Origin: Azolla caroliniana
Lineage: Eukaryota > Plantae > Polypodiophyta
Length of the DNA stretch: 64,000 bases
Assembly: GCA_043228905.1 (NCBI GenBank)
Contig: JBHGNT010000007.1
Coordinates: 19,778,001-19,842,000, forward strand
Reading direction: 5' to 3'
Shown here in pieces: positions 37,301-50,702 of this stretch (position 1 is the stretch's first letter; every line of letters begins with the position of its first letter). A program made the translations under genes and the position numbers. Below the pieces are notes generated by a model that saw only the letters and a list, made by a program, of their open reading frames with translations, did no database searches and was not told the origin of the DNA.

Positions 37301-40300
37301 AGCCGAAAATCTCTGTAAGCAAATCGAAACATTGCACTGGTATTGAGTAAATAAGAATATTAAAGAAGTCGTGAGGCATACTATACAACATAAATTTGAT
37401 AGGGAGATACAAAGATAGCTAGACATGCTATTAATGTCCGCAGGAAATCAATACAATCTATGGGACGGCCGGCCAAGCCAATGGCAAGGATTGAACTTGG
37501 GTTTTGTCAGTTTTATGCCTTTAATGTAATGATGTAAACAACCGAGCCAACAGCCAGGGAGAAAGAGAGAGAATTGCCTGTAAATCTTGACGAGGTAGTC
37601 AAGCAGAAAGAAGACGCTGCAAATGCATTGAACAATTGTAATCCAGTGAAATACATGTGTTGTGTACCTGCATAAAACGAGGAAAATAACATATCAGCTG
37701 AATTAAAATGGCATCAAACTACATGGTATTTTTACTACTCACGTTGTGCGCACGTAAAGTGCTAATAATAACAAAGCTGCAATGCACTCCAACTGCAAAA
37801 GTAATAGAGAAAAATCAGCTTTGGTATGTACATTCATTGTAAGATAGCTATCGAGAAATTTAAAGAAATTCCCCATTGTCTCATACCATTAACAAGAGTG
37901 TGCTCAGAAAAGGCCCACGAATGCATGCCCTTACTTTGGTCGATAAAGCAACTTTTCCATAGAGGAAAGATTCATGATAAGTGGCTAAAACATCCTATCC
38001 ATGAAAGACATATAAAACATACTGGGTCAGTGTAAACATGTCATATTAAATGGCAAATGAAGATGAAAATAATCATGTGTATTCAATCCTATTTATAAAC
38101 CCTTATTGCTTTTTTCACGTATAGAATGCATACTTTCCCTATAAAATCAAAGCATATCCTTTTGTGTTTGAATAATATGTAACAAATGGGCTCAAAAAGA
38201 AAGAGCTTCCATTGAAATCATGTTTCCATGGTTACATATTTATGAGTAACCAGGCCCCAAAGGAAATACTGCTAATTAACATATTGAGAAGAAAACAATA
38301 TGTATTAATGTCTCCAGCAGACCACAATAACCTATGATACTCAAAATGCTTTCTCTTCCATGAAAAAAGAAAGATATATTAACGTCTTTTAAGAGGCCAA
38401 TGGCCCATAAGAGCTAACAAGAGATTACATCTAAAGTGTTGTGTCATTTTTGAGAATGACAAACCAAATTGGTGTTACTAAGTAAATAAGTAAATAAGAT
38501 AAAAAGTGTCTAAAGAATCTTGTTATCAGTACATGAGAAACAATGAAAGAAATTATGTGTATGCCTTACACGTTTACAAAAATTAACTGAAGAGAAAGAA
38601 AAAATTGAAGGGAGTTATATCTACAAATGATGTTAAAATATTGCATGGAAGGCATACCATATAATACATAATACATCCCAATGAGAAAGAGAAAGAGATA
38701 CCTTTCTAGCTGCAATTGTCTTGCTTGGTGATTGTGTTTTGAGCCAGAAAGACAGAGGACCTCCAATGAACCTGGAGAAGAGGCCAGGCAGGCTGAAATT
38801 GAAGGAACTAGCATAGCTGGAAGAAGTAGTGGATTGTTGATGAGTATAGCGGCCATTTCGAGCTCGACATGAGACATCATCAATGTCTGATACCTCTTGT
38901 TGTTGATGTGGAAGACCATGGCCTGTGCCAGAAATCAACAATGTCTTGTCACCTGGCGTCAGTTGTTGTTGGTGGTGTGGTTGTTCCTCTGTCACTATTG
39001 CTACCTCTGAATCTGTGTCACTCTCGAAGCCCGGCAATATTACTCGCACCAGATCGGGTTCAACCCCTAGTGGCATCTGATCTAGCCCATGTCTTTTTAA
39101 GCTTCCCAGTTGCCTGCAGTCAAAGCTCAAATAGTTTCTATCATGAATCCATTTAATGGGAGACCTACTTTCTTCTCTTTTCCGCAAAAGAGATGTACCC
39201 TAGTGGTAAACCATGCGGTTTGTTAACGCACTGGATTCACATCGTACTAGATACCACTGCAGAATGTAGGGATTGAACACATGTTCTTCTGGTCTCCACC
39301 ACCTAACTTTACCAGCTAAGTTACATCCCTCTCCATTTTCTCTTCCTGGATTGAACGCATGATTTGTGTATTTCCAATACCTAATGTTATCAACTAAGCT
39401 AAATCCTTTACCCTAAACCCCCTCTCTCTCTATCTATTTATCTCCATTTTTGTTTCCTGTTTTATAGACAACGTATTAAACCATGTACAATATAGAATCA
39501 GAATGGTGCAAAGCACTAGGTGACATGACCATTGCTGCCTTACATAGTAAAATAAATGTTGGACTTCCAAAGACCCTGGTAGTAGTAAGCCATATTATGA
39601 ATTAGCCATTTGGAAATTCAATTCAAATTCCATCAGTTTTAATTCTTAAAGAATTTTGAGTTGAACTCATGACTTTCTGGTTTCCGCAGCATAACCTTAC
39701 TAACAGAGCTGCACTTGTCCTTTACTCTCTCTTTTTTTGCAACTCTTGTTTTTATATTTCATTCTCTACTCATCGCACTTCTCTAAGTTCTAGTACAAAA
39801 TTAATGATTACAGTAACATATCCTTGCATAATCATGAGTCATTCATAATACCATACACATACACAATATAAATTTATATATACATTATACTGCAGGTTTA
39901 TGTAGATATATACAGCATATATATAATATATACATTTGCATATTGATTATGTACACGGACATCTATACATTATGTGTATACACAGGCAAATAGATATATA
40001 ACAGCATTCACATAATGTATACATGAACATAATGCTTGTGTCTATATATATCCAATAATACATATACTTATAGACACAGCATACATATAGTAATTATACA
40101 TGTCCAGGTACATGCCTATACACATAGAGATATACATACATGAACACATACGACACATATAGACATACATAGGTACTTATGTACATATGCATATACACAC
40201 ATGTATGCATACACACACGTAAACGCATAATAGATAGACATATGTATTTCACAAACTTTCAGAGGAATGACCTCAACCAAGAGGAAGGTGAAGAAGAAGA

Positions 40301-40394
40301 AGAAGAACTCAAACCTGAAGCTCTGCAAACGCTTTGGTGAAACAAGTGATGGTGCTGATGAGGTTGATTGCCCTTTAGGATATGGAGAGTCCAT
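31330..40394 (-). CDS. BK/Slo-family potassium channel (TM core plus two RCK domains), multi-exon
   Basis: Pore FYEALYFVIVT|VSTVGYGDI and S6 GRLIAILIII. RCK1 motifs FLSEFYH, FIEGTPLKNSDLERV and EDAAQIMRALSV. RCK2 motifs FLQGSPIHEIDLMRAG, PAFVEG, LALGLYR and YVYTNPP. The 5' end is unresolved: the exon at 40315-40394 may not splice in frame, so the start could lie in the ~38700-39199 exon. Confidence 0.9.
39248..39329 (-). mobile_element. tRNA-derived SINE-like copy
   Basis: Similar to 50508-50583, with degenerate A-box and B-box on the minus strand. Confidence 0.5.
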
Positions 40395-40539
40395 TGAATG
40401 TATGTATGTATGTGTGTGTGTGTGTGTGAAGGTATGTGAATTGCTGCTGATGCTGCTGCTTCAGCAGCTGATTACAATCAAATGCATAAACAAAGGATTA
40501 GAATCAGGGTGCATAGATATAAATATATATAAAGTACAT

Positions 40540-41030
<491 letters not shown>

Positions 41031-44027
41031 ATGTCATGACTTATGTGTGCTCAAAATCTCTTGGCGTTACAACACTTTCCAACTCCTCACCCACTCACTC
41101 TCTTCCCCTTCTTCTTCTTCTTCTTCTTCGTCTTCTTCTATAGTGAGCTCCAATGGCTCTCAATCACATCGCATGTACACACACACACACAATCACGTCG
41201 TCGACCAATGATATATGTATACAATACACACACACGTCTGGCCCAAGCCTAGTTTCTCGAAGACTTGTGCATGCCACCTCGTGACAAATCGGATTTTCAC
41301 GCTCTCTCTCTCTCTCGGATGGCTTATCCTTCTCGACCTTCACACCCCATGACACAATGGTATGTATATGCATGCATCTTATTGGTTTTGGAGTTTCTAC
41401 ATGCTCCTCCTTCTCCCGGTTGCGAGCTCTTGAACAGCAGGAGATTGGATAGTTCTCCGTCACGACTAGTTTTGGGGAGCTTCTATTTCCTTATCTTATC
41501 CATGTTTGAGCAAAAATAATAATTTGAAAAAACATTCTTACGAGCTTCAAAATACTAGATGGTAGTTGAATTCTACTCTCATTTACCATCAATTTAGGAA
41601 ACCAAACAAGAACTAAGTCATGAAAATAGGATTTCCATGTTTTCACCTAATTTTGGATAATGTTCTTAAAACCCCTTAAATTCATGAAAATCCAATCAAG
41701 TAGGAATTTAGGAGCATTGTATCGAATAGATCTCTTAAAAAATCATGAAACTCCAAGCTAGTAGAAACCTAATAGCAATTATTCCGAGTAAACAAGCTAA
41801 ATTTATTAAACAATGAAAATAAGACTGAGACGAAGGTAGATTCTAAACCTAGGTATATGTAGCTAAAGTTGGATGCCATCACAAGTGTCTTGTCTCATAT
41901 CCTTCAATTAGTCAAATATGTCAAGATTCTATCGATTACATTAAACTTTACAAACTTTACTTTGACAATCTACATCCCTCTAACGGTTAGGTTTACAGCT
42001 TACACATATATGCAAGTTATTTTTAAATCATGGCAACTATGACGCATGAATGAATCCTTTCAAGTCCAGACATTTTATCTCTTTTGAAAACAATCACCAT
42101 TTATGTTTTCCTAGTGGAAATGTTTTATGTTTCCATCATATTTTGATCATGGTGATATTAACTGTGATGCTTTCTTTCTTTCTTTCTAAAAAAAACTCCT
42201 TCCATTAGTTATAAAATTTTACAAATGAGATTGTTATATACAAATCCCTGTAGGGACGCGATAGTTCCATCTTATGTGGATGCCCACTGACTCAAGAAAA
42301 GGAGAGGACGACCATTGTTGGATGAGCTCTAGTCGTTGGCGTTCAACTCCATCGGAGCCACCCTTGAGGCCATCATATTGTTTGAATATCGATTACCTTC
42401 CAAATATTTATATGTAGTGGTGATATGTAATGGTGTTCAAATATTTACATTGGTACTTTACTAATGTAAATTTTTACTTGATGCAAAAGTGAGCATGAGC
42501 ACTGAGATGACATCGCCTATTTAGTTTTCGGCGATTATTTCAAAACCTATTTATTTAGGATAACATATGGACTTCATCTTTACACATGAAAATTTGATGC
42601 ATTGCACATGTGTGTGTGTGTGTGTGTTTATCTATATGTATGTATATAAAATATACATATATATAGGAAGGCACAACAAGTTTTGGGCCTCACTTGTTAT
42701 GTATTACAATGACATTATATGCAATGTGCATTGTGATATGTTGCCTTTTGCATGCTTTTCTCATTCGATTCAAATGATGTTGCTCCGCTTGTTATATATT
42801 GAGAATGCACAACATCTATTGATTATTTGCTTGTTATTGTATCATAAACACAACTAATATATAGGTATTTACCAACCTATTAACTACAACATTTGGTGAT
42901 GTGCGTAGTATGGTCCTAAAGTCTTGAAGAGGCATTTGATGATGTGTTGGATATGGTAATCTATATAACTTGTCAACGTTGGAGAAATACTCAATAATAT
43001 GTTGGATATGGTAATCTATATAGTTTGTCAACATTGGAGAAGGATAGTGCTATTACATTATCAGCTAATAAAATTCTATACAAGTGCTAGATGAAGTCTC
43101 TAGGGTTCCTAGTCATAAAATTATCTACCATAATATTCAAGAAAACGGTGCCATATTTCAGATAACAAATGAGTTTGAGCTTTCATGTTAAAAATGTTAT
43201 GAAGGGAATAATTTAAAGATTTTCTCGTCTAGCTTCCTATAAAGTTACTTCTCACATTTTTCTTGTAATTTTTGTAATGTTATGAAGGGAATAATTTAAA
43301 GATTTTCTCCTCTATCTTCCTATAAAGTTACTTCTCACATTTTTCTTGTAATTTTTGTGTCTGGAACATCCACAACGTGATTTCATGTTCAAATTTGGGA
43401 AGCAGACAATTCTCTTAAGCACCATCATTTCATGTGTTTACAAACGCTATCCTCATTCATTGTGTAGGACTTATCATTCATTAAGAAGTGAACCCAACCC
43501 AACATAGATAGAGAAAACAATATGAGCAATGTGCATGGAAGCTCTTGAAAACAAAATTTCACCTTGTACAATTTATCTTCATGTTAAGAAGTGAACCCAA
43601 CCCAACGATAGCGAGAACAAGATAACGAGTAGCATGGGAGCTCTTCAAAACAAAATTTCACCTCATTCCCCATTTATGGAAACCTTAGGATTTTACTTTC
43701 TTCCAAAGCTTTTCGGATGTTGGAACTCAACGAAAAGTCTTGGAGCTTAAGTCATTGCTTTGTATAGATCATATACAAATCAGAGCATGAGAATATATAA
43801 AGAGCATATACAAATCAGACCCCTTTCCATAACAGGATTGAGTTCAGTGTATGAGAAGGGTATTCTAGATTTTCCTAGAAAGATGGTGTTATGTGCAGTT
43901 CTTGTGGTAAAGAACCCAACATTATCGATCTCTCCTTCACGTTGAGTGCAAATGTACTTACTATCTACAATGGGTCGAAAGGAACCAATAAGTTGGTTAG
44001 CCCGATCATCTTCATTTTTCTTAAGTT

Positions 44028-47000
44028 CTAAACATACTTCCGTTTCAATCCTTGTGTCGATTGGATTCCACTTTCAACCTAATCAAAGATAACCCTTTAT
44101 TAGATATACTCTGAAGACTTTCTACATACATACACCTAGTTGTTATGAAACGAAAAAGAACTAAAATAAATAAAGCATTTAGATTTTCACAAATAGTAAA
44201 ACTTAGGGCCTACCTTGTCATCAGGTATTCGATTCTCGGCGAGGAAATCAGTGTTTTTGAGCTTGGTTGCATCATCACTAGGAACACGCCCAAAGGACGA
44301 AGATGGCATTCGGTGGAGCATTCTTGGTACCCACATGGAATGTGTCTCCTGTCGACTCTCCCGAACTTTCTTCGGAGAAGAAGATGATTCTGCAGTCGAC
44401 ATTTCATCCGACATCACAGATGGAGGCGGGGTATAACCCAACCATGTCGTTCGATTTTTGGCCAACAACTTACCACGAGAATCCGGTAACTCTTGATTTT
44501 TACGATGTGCATCTTTAGTTTTAGTTGTTGATGCCATCGACGGAGTTCTGTTTTCCTCGTGAGAGGCAGCCTCTATCTTGAGTGGAGGTGTGGAATTTGG
44601 AGGACCCCTAGGAGATGGCGATGTATTACAATGCATTTTGAATTGTTTGCCGAATGTCGGAACCATTTGATCCCAATGAGGGCTTGCTGAGAGGGAGGAG
44701 GATGCCCCCCCCTCCACACTAGGGGTAGGGCCGCTTGACGGCCTTAGAAAGACAGTTTCGACAACTTTTTGTGGTCTCTGGGTTGTGACAAAAGGTTGCG
44801 CCGTGGTGGTCATCACATTGTTCAATTTTAGGACATCATCATCACCTTGAAGTCCGGCAACCTTCAAAGCTTCCTCTTGCTCCCACATTTGTGCCATGGC
44901 TTCTCTTAACTTTTCTCGGGCTGATACAACTTCTACTATAGGTCTAGGATAATTGCTTCCTAGTTCCACGCCAGCAGCTCGAAGAACAGATGGTGGAGCA
45001 TCCCACGGATGATGAATCCATTCTGTAGGCAACCGTGCAAGCTCAGGTAACCATTGTCGCACATATTCACCATATGGGTCATATGTATATCCTTCCGTCT
45101 GATTTATTAAATAAAAATATTGAATCATTCAAAAATTTCCCAAGCTCCATTTTGAAATATACACTAATACAAAATGCACTAAAAATAGTTTACAATGTTC
45201 CATATGCCACATAGAAGGGTCGTGAGTGGCAAATTCTAAATATATCATATCATACAAACATTGAGAGTTTGTGATCAGGATGTATTATAAACAATGTCAG
45301 AAATCTTATTCCCACATCTGCAAGATCATCGGCATTATCGAAAGTGTGTGTGTGTGTGTGTGTGTGCATGCACGCGCATTTGTGTGTACATATATCGCGT
45401 GCTTAGTGTTAGGTTTAATGTGGTTAGGATTAGAAGTCTATACTTTGACCCATGCATATGAAGATAAGGATGCATACTTTTTAAATTATAATGATGGAAG
45501 AATGAATTTAGTAATTATTGCTATATATTCGTACAAATAATGGTTTTAAATAATGACTGAATCTTTTTAGGGTAAAAAAACAAAACAAATGCGATGAATT
45601 GCCCATGTTATTATAACATTTAGATTTCAACTTTTATAATCAGCATATGTGCTACCATAATGTTTTTCAACTTTTAGACTCCTGGCATGAGAAACTCATT
45701 GCTGCACTTTTCTCTTTACTTTTTCTGTCCTGCTATTTTAATAAAATTATTCCAAAAAAAATTTGGCTTCATACATAGCTTTTCAAACTAGGCCTCGAGA
45801 TTGAATGTCTCTTAGTATGGCTGTGCTAAGACGAAACCTAAAGTTTACTAAGTATAAAAAATTGCACAAATTTATCTCCCATGAAACCCTAAAACTTTTA
45901 GAGATATTGGGCTAATCTTCCAAGACTTCATAACATTTGGTTTCGGAAAATGCTACTGATTGTAAAACTCCGAAATTTTCAAATTTGGTAAACACTACCC
46001 ACGGTCTATACCAAAAAGATTGTGAATTTCAATGAAATACCAAAATTTACCTGGGGATTGTCCATTCGATCCAGCTCGTGTCCATCAGGTAAGCCTCCAG
46101 AAATATATTGCCACCCAAGCACATCACATTCCAAATCAGCATCTAAAAGGGTGTCCCAGAAGTATTTCAGGCCCCATCTCCATGGCAACTGCAGAAACTT
46201 AACACAAAAGCTTGACACTATGACCCGAACTCGATTATGTAGCCAACCCGTCGCCCACAATTCTCTCATGCCGGCATCCACCAAAGGATACCCAGTCCGC
46301 CCTTGTCGCCATGCTTTAAAAAAACCCTCATCTGCCCTCCAAGGAAATGACTTCAAGTTCGAAAGAAGTGATTTCTCATGCGTAAATGGGAAGTTGAAAC
46401 TAAGATATCTTGAATACTCTCTAAAACCAATCGATCTCAAGAATAAGTTGATGCTTTCTTCACCAAATTGAAACCCTTCCTTGGACCATAAAATTTGTCT
46501 TCTTCGAACAGAATGATACACTTTCCGCACACTAATTTCGCCAAAGTGTAGATGAGGTGACAATAAGGAAGTTGTAGGAGCATCAATCTTATGTTTGTTC
46601 TGAGAATAATTTATTAATGGGCCTGAAAGAAATGATTCCAATGCTCTATCAGCATTGCTCCAACCTGGTGTCCATACCCTTGCTAGCAGGGCATTGCTGC
46701 TTTTTTCCATTTCATCCTCCAGTCCGAGCTCATTTGGCGTGCAAGTCAACAATTTTTTACCTGTTCCCACATGTCTTTCTTTATAAGAGATGAGAGAATA
46801 AAAACCCGGAATATCTAATGAATTTTCAAGAGGATTTATGGAAGCGAAATGGATTTCTAGACTTGACATTGGTCACAGCATAAAAACTGAAAAATGAGTG
46901 TTGCAAAACATTCACAAATGAAAAAATAAAAAAGGAACATATATTCTATGTTCTGCAGAAACAACTGTCATGAAAAGTCCAAGTAAAATGGAACTCTGAA

Positions 47001-48631
47001 AGATTAATTCTTGAAGCAATAACTAGAAGGATTGTTAGCTGAGTTTAGAAATATTGTGAACAGGTGATATCACCACAGAGATTCTTACATTGTATTCTTT
47101 AAGTAATCATCCATATAATTAAAACATCCCTCTCATTTCAACAGAGAAAAGTGCATCTATTGTCGTTGCAAGCATCATCTCTATTGCCATGCCTCATGTT
47201 CATAACATATTCAACTTCTCATCTAGTTCCCACATGCTACTCATATACCATTCAAATTAATAAACAATATCTGGTACATTTTAAGTGCACTTAGCTTCTC
47301 GGAAGTTAAAGAATATAGAATTTTCACACCTGTCCTAAATGCATTCAATATAGATCCAATAACTCACATAGTTCCCACATTGGATTTTTCATCAATAAAA
47401 TACTGGCCTATATCATTCAAACTGATAAACGAATATATAAATGCCGGCTCGTCTTATATTCAACATACTTCATAAATGAATTGAAAACTAAGAAATTAGT
47501 TATTTTACTTCTCATATTTCCTCAATAACGATTCACAGTCCAAACAGACTAACGTGCGCCTTTCAAAAAGACAATCGAAACACATATCTCCCTCGATTGC
47601 ATGAACTAGTACCTGATACGGGTATCAACTGTCTGGGGGGCAATAGAGGGCAGTCAGGTTCGAATGGCATGTGCAAGCATTTTTCCCAGTAGCTCTCAAA
47701 CATAGTGAACGGTTCCCCACCTTCATCTTGGACTTCCCATGGCTCATATAATAAGTCACCATTGAAGCTGTGAACTTGGATTCCTCTCTGGTTAAGACCC
47801 TGCTTCACTCGGTGATCCCGTACAAGAGACATGGGATCTATACATATTGAAGAATAGAAACACACATGAATCAGCAAATTGTGTGGTACTTATATAAGCA
47901 TATCACATAATAATTGAATGCTCATCTGAAATAAACTTATTTATTATAAAACAATCTCAATTCATCGTCCACATCAAACAAAACCCAGATCGAACTACTG
48001 AAAAGTTCTGATTGCACCACAGTCACAAGAACAGAGAAACTCAAAAGAAGACTGCACGACAATCCGTTACATATTATCCTCCACATTGTAAGATATCTAA
48101 TGAAACAAAACACCTGTTTTCTCAAGACTCGTCATACAAAAAGAAATGTACAACAATTCTCATTCATTCTCAACATTACAGGAAACTACAAACCCTTTTC
48201 CTACATCTTTTAAAGCCTCACTTAAGCAAACACAGAAATGACCAAGAAATAGACAGCAGAAGAGAAGGCATATACATAGATCAAACTTTCACATTCAATG
48301 TGAACAACTAACCATATAGATGATTATAGAAGACTTGATCTGCACCAGTGGCTTCAATAAGCTGAAGGAGAGCAGAAAGAGAGTCATTGGACCTTCTTAT
48401 AACCAAAGGCGCTCCTAAGGTTGACAAAGACGAATCCAGCTCGATAAGACTTTGCTTGAACCACCATCTCGAGACACGTCCAGGTTGAAATTGACCTTCT
48501 TCTTCAGGAGACCATATGAACACTGGTAATATCGGACCTAATCTGGCAGCTGCAGAGAGTGCAGGGTTATCCTCGAGCCGAAGATCCCTTCTGAACCAAA
48601 CTATTGTGCAAACCTTCTTTCTAGACATCAT
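44028..48631 (-). CDS. CRY: Plant cryptochrome blue-light receptor (PHR domain plus DAS C-terminus), ~5 exons
   Basis: Motifs TIVWFRRDLRLEDNPAL, GRVSRWW, TSLLSPHLHFGE, WRQGRTGYPLVDAGMRELW and YDPYGEYVRQWLPEL, plus DAS motifs DQMVP and STAESSSS. Exons approx. 48312-48631, 47612-47838, 46051-46761, 44214-45098, then a short last exon (stop at 44028 or 44100 depending on the acceptor). Confidence 0.95.
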
Positions 48632-48760
48632 CAAATGTAATCTGATTCGATCCAATTTTATTTATCTGGCTTTGGCATGCAGCGAGGGATGATGATATGA
48701 GAGAAGTCAGAGGGAAGAAAGTGAAGGCACAGTGGTGAAATCGAATGATGGATTATAAAG

Positions 48761-48799
<39 letters not shown>

Positions 48800-49473
48800 C
48801 TACTTTTTGCGTACAAGAACACCCTAAATTTACAGTCAGAAGAAACCTTAAATTTGATTCAATTATCTTCTTTCATTAGGAGAAATGGGAGGAAAACGGA
48901 ATGACAGAGAAGAAGAAGATGGTGTGTCGTCTATTTTCAGGAAGGAAACCCTAAAATTAAAAAGGACGGCAGCAAAAAAGAAAACCCTAATGTTGGGCAG
49001 GAAAGGAGCCATTATCAGGTTTTGCAGCTCATAAATCTTGCACTCAGCTTAAAACCCCTAAACCCAAAGAGGCTCCTAACAAAAAAAAAAACCCTAACGA
49101 GGCAGGAGCCGCCCTGATCTTTGGCAGAAACGGCCATTTCCCGGGGAAGAGCAGAAGAGGAGGAGAACCAGCAGAAGTAAGGTGATCAGAGCATAATCAG
49201 GAAGCACAGAAGCTGTGCAGAGGGGAAAACCAAACCAGATAATGATTGAAATAAACAACAACCTAACCCACAATCGTTGCAGGTTTAGGAACTTCAGCCA
49301 GAATCTGTGCAAGAAGGAAGGAGCAGAAGGAAGGAAGGAAGGAAGGGAAACCCTAAATACCTGTTTTTTGATCCCCAGAAAAGCAGGGGAAGCGAAGTCA
49401 AGGTCTGGATTATGATCAAATGACCATGATCATGATGATGATGATGATGATGATGAGGACCATGCCTCCATCC

Positions 49474-49623
49474 GACGTGGCGGCCTCCGATTGGGTTGGA
49501 CGACACGTGGAGCAGGGCAGGGGTAGGCCTGATCTGCCACGTGGCTGCCACGTGGACCGGAGGATTCCTGCGTGCTTCCCGGTCCCAGGAGGAGGTGGAG
49601 GCCCCCTGTTTCCTGCCACGTCA
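49474..49623. promoter_or_regulatory. G-box/ACGT cluster upstream of CRY
   Basis: GACGTG (49474), CACGTG (49504, 49538, 49549) and CCACGTCA (49616), plus a minus-strand CCAAT at ~49490, in a GC-rich island. Confidence 0.65.
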
Positions 49624-49751
49624 GCCACCCTGGTTTTTTCTTCTTCTTTTTTCTCCTCCTCGGCTCCTCTGCGTCGCCCGATCGGATCGATCGCAGCCGT
49701 TGGAAACAAAACAAAACAAAAGAGAAAAAGAAAAAGAACGGAAAAGAAAAG

Positions 49752-49817
49752 CAGACATGGGAAGGGGGGATTTCTAGGGTTTCTCTTTTTCTTCCTTCTG
49801 TTGTTTTCAACTTTTCG

Positions 49818-49855
<38 letters not shown>

Positions 49856-49952
49856 ACTCTGTTTCATAAATTTAGGGTTTGGAAATTGCAGACATGGATT
49901 TCTAGGGTTTCTCTTTTTCTTCCTTCTGTTGTTTTCAACTTTTCACCCACGA

Positions 49953-49993
<41 letters not shown>

Positions 49994-50150
49994 CTTTACT
50001 CTGTTTCATAAATTTAGGGTTTGCAAATAGCAGACATGGATTTCTAGGGTTTCTCTTTTTCTTCTTCTGTTGTTTCGGCCCACACGATACCTCTCTCTAT
50101 CTCTCTGTTTCTTTACACTGTTTCTGTTTGTTCCATAAATTTAGGGTTTT
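49752..50150. repeat. ~135-145-bp degenerate tandem repeat x3 with (CT)n and telo-box-like TAGGGTTT
   Basis: GCAGACATGG...TTTCTAGGGTTTCTCTTTTTC...CATAAATTTAGGGTTT is repeated three times. Confidence 0.85.
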
Positions 50151-50507
50151 TATTTATATGAATTAAATAAGACAATTCGTATCTTATTCTAATTACTTTG
50201 GTCTAGTGGTAGCCTAGAATAGCTTAAAGCTTTTTTTAGGCCTCTATTTTGAGGTCTCGAGTTCGAGTCCCAATTCTCACCCCTATCTTATATGCTTATA
50301 CAAATATTGACTTTTTTGCTTCATACATACCATCTTTTCTTAATTTACAACCCTCTCAAGACCTCTCTCTCTCTTTTTTATTGTAATTAGCTCACCCTAG
50401 TGGTAAGTCGATAACACTACAAGCATTGTGTCTTGGGTTCGAAACCCAATTTCCTCACCTCTCTGTTATATACTTCATATATATCTCTATTTCACTAGCA
50501 AATAGAT

Positions 50508-50583
50508 GCCATTGTGGAATGTAGGGGTTGAACCCATGACCACCTGGTCTCCATTGGGCAACCTTACCAACTTAGCTACATCC
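50508..50583 (-). mobile_element. tRNA-derived SINE-like copy
   Basis: Minus strand reads GGATGTAGCTAAGTTGGTAAGG...GGGTTCAACCCC (A and B boxes). Related copies lie at 39248-39329 and ~51112-51165. No intact anticodon arm. Confidence 0.55.
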
Positions 50584-50598
50584 ATCTAGGCCAACGAC

Positions 50599-50646
<48 letters not shown>

Positions 50647-50665
50647 ATCCATCTAGGCCAACGAC

Positions 50666-50702
<37 letters not shown>

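Noticed and set aside
42940-43665. Three short local tandem duplications (~55-100 bp)
   Set aside because: Ordinary slippage-type duplications in intergenic DNA with no sign of function.
49416-50030. Several overlapping 90-150-aa ORFs upstream of CRY
   Set aside because: GC-rich promoter sequence plus simple repeats gives stop-poor frames, with no recognisable domain.
50508-50583. Functional tRNA gene
   Set aside because: A and B boxes are present, but the acceptor and anticodon stems do not pair properly. Treated as SINE-like instead.
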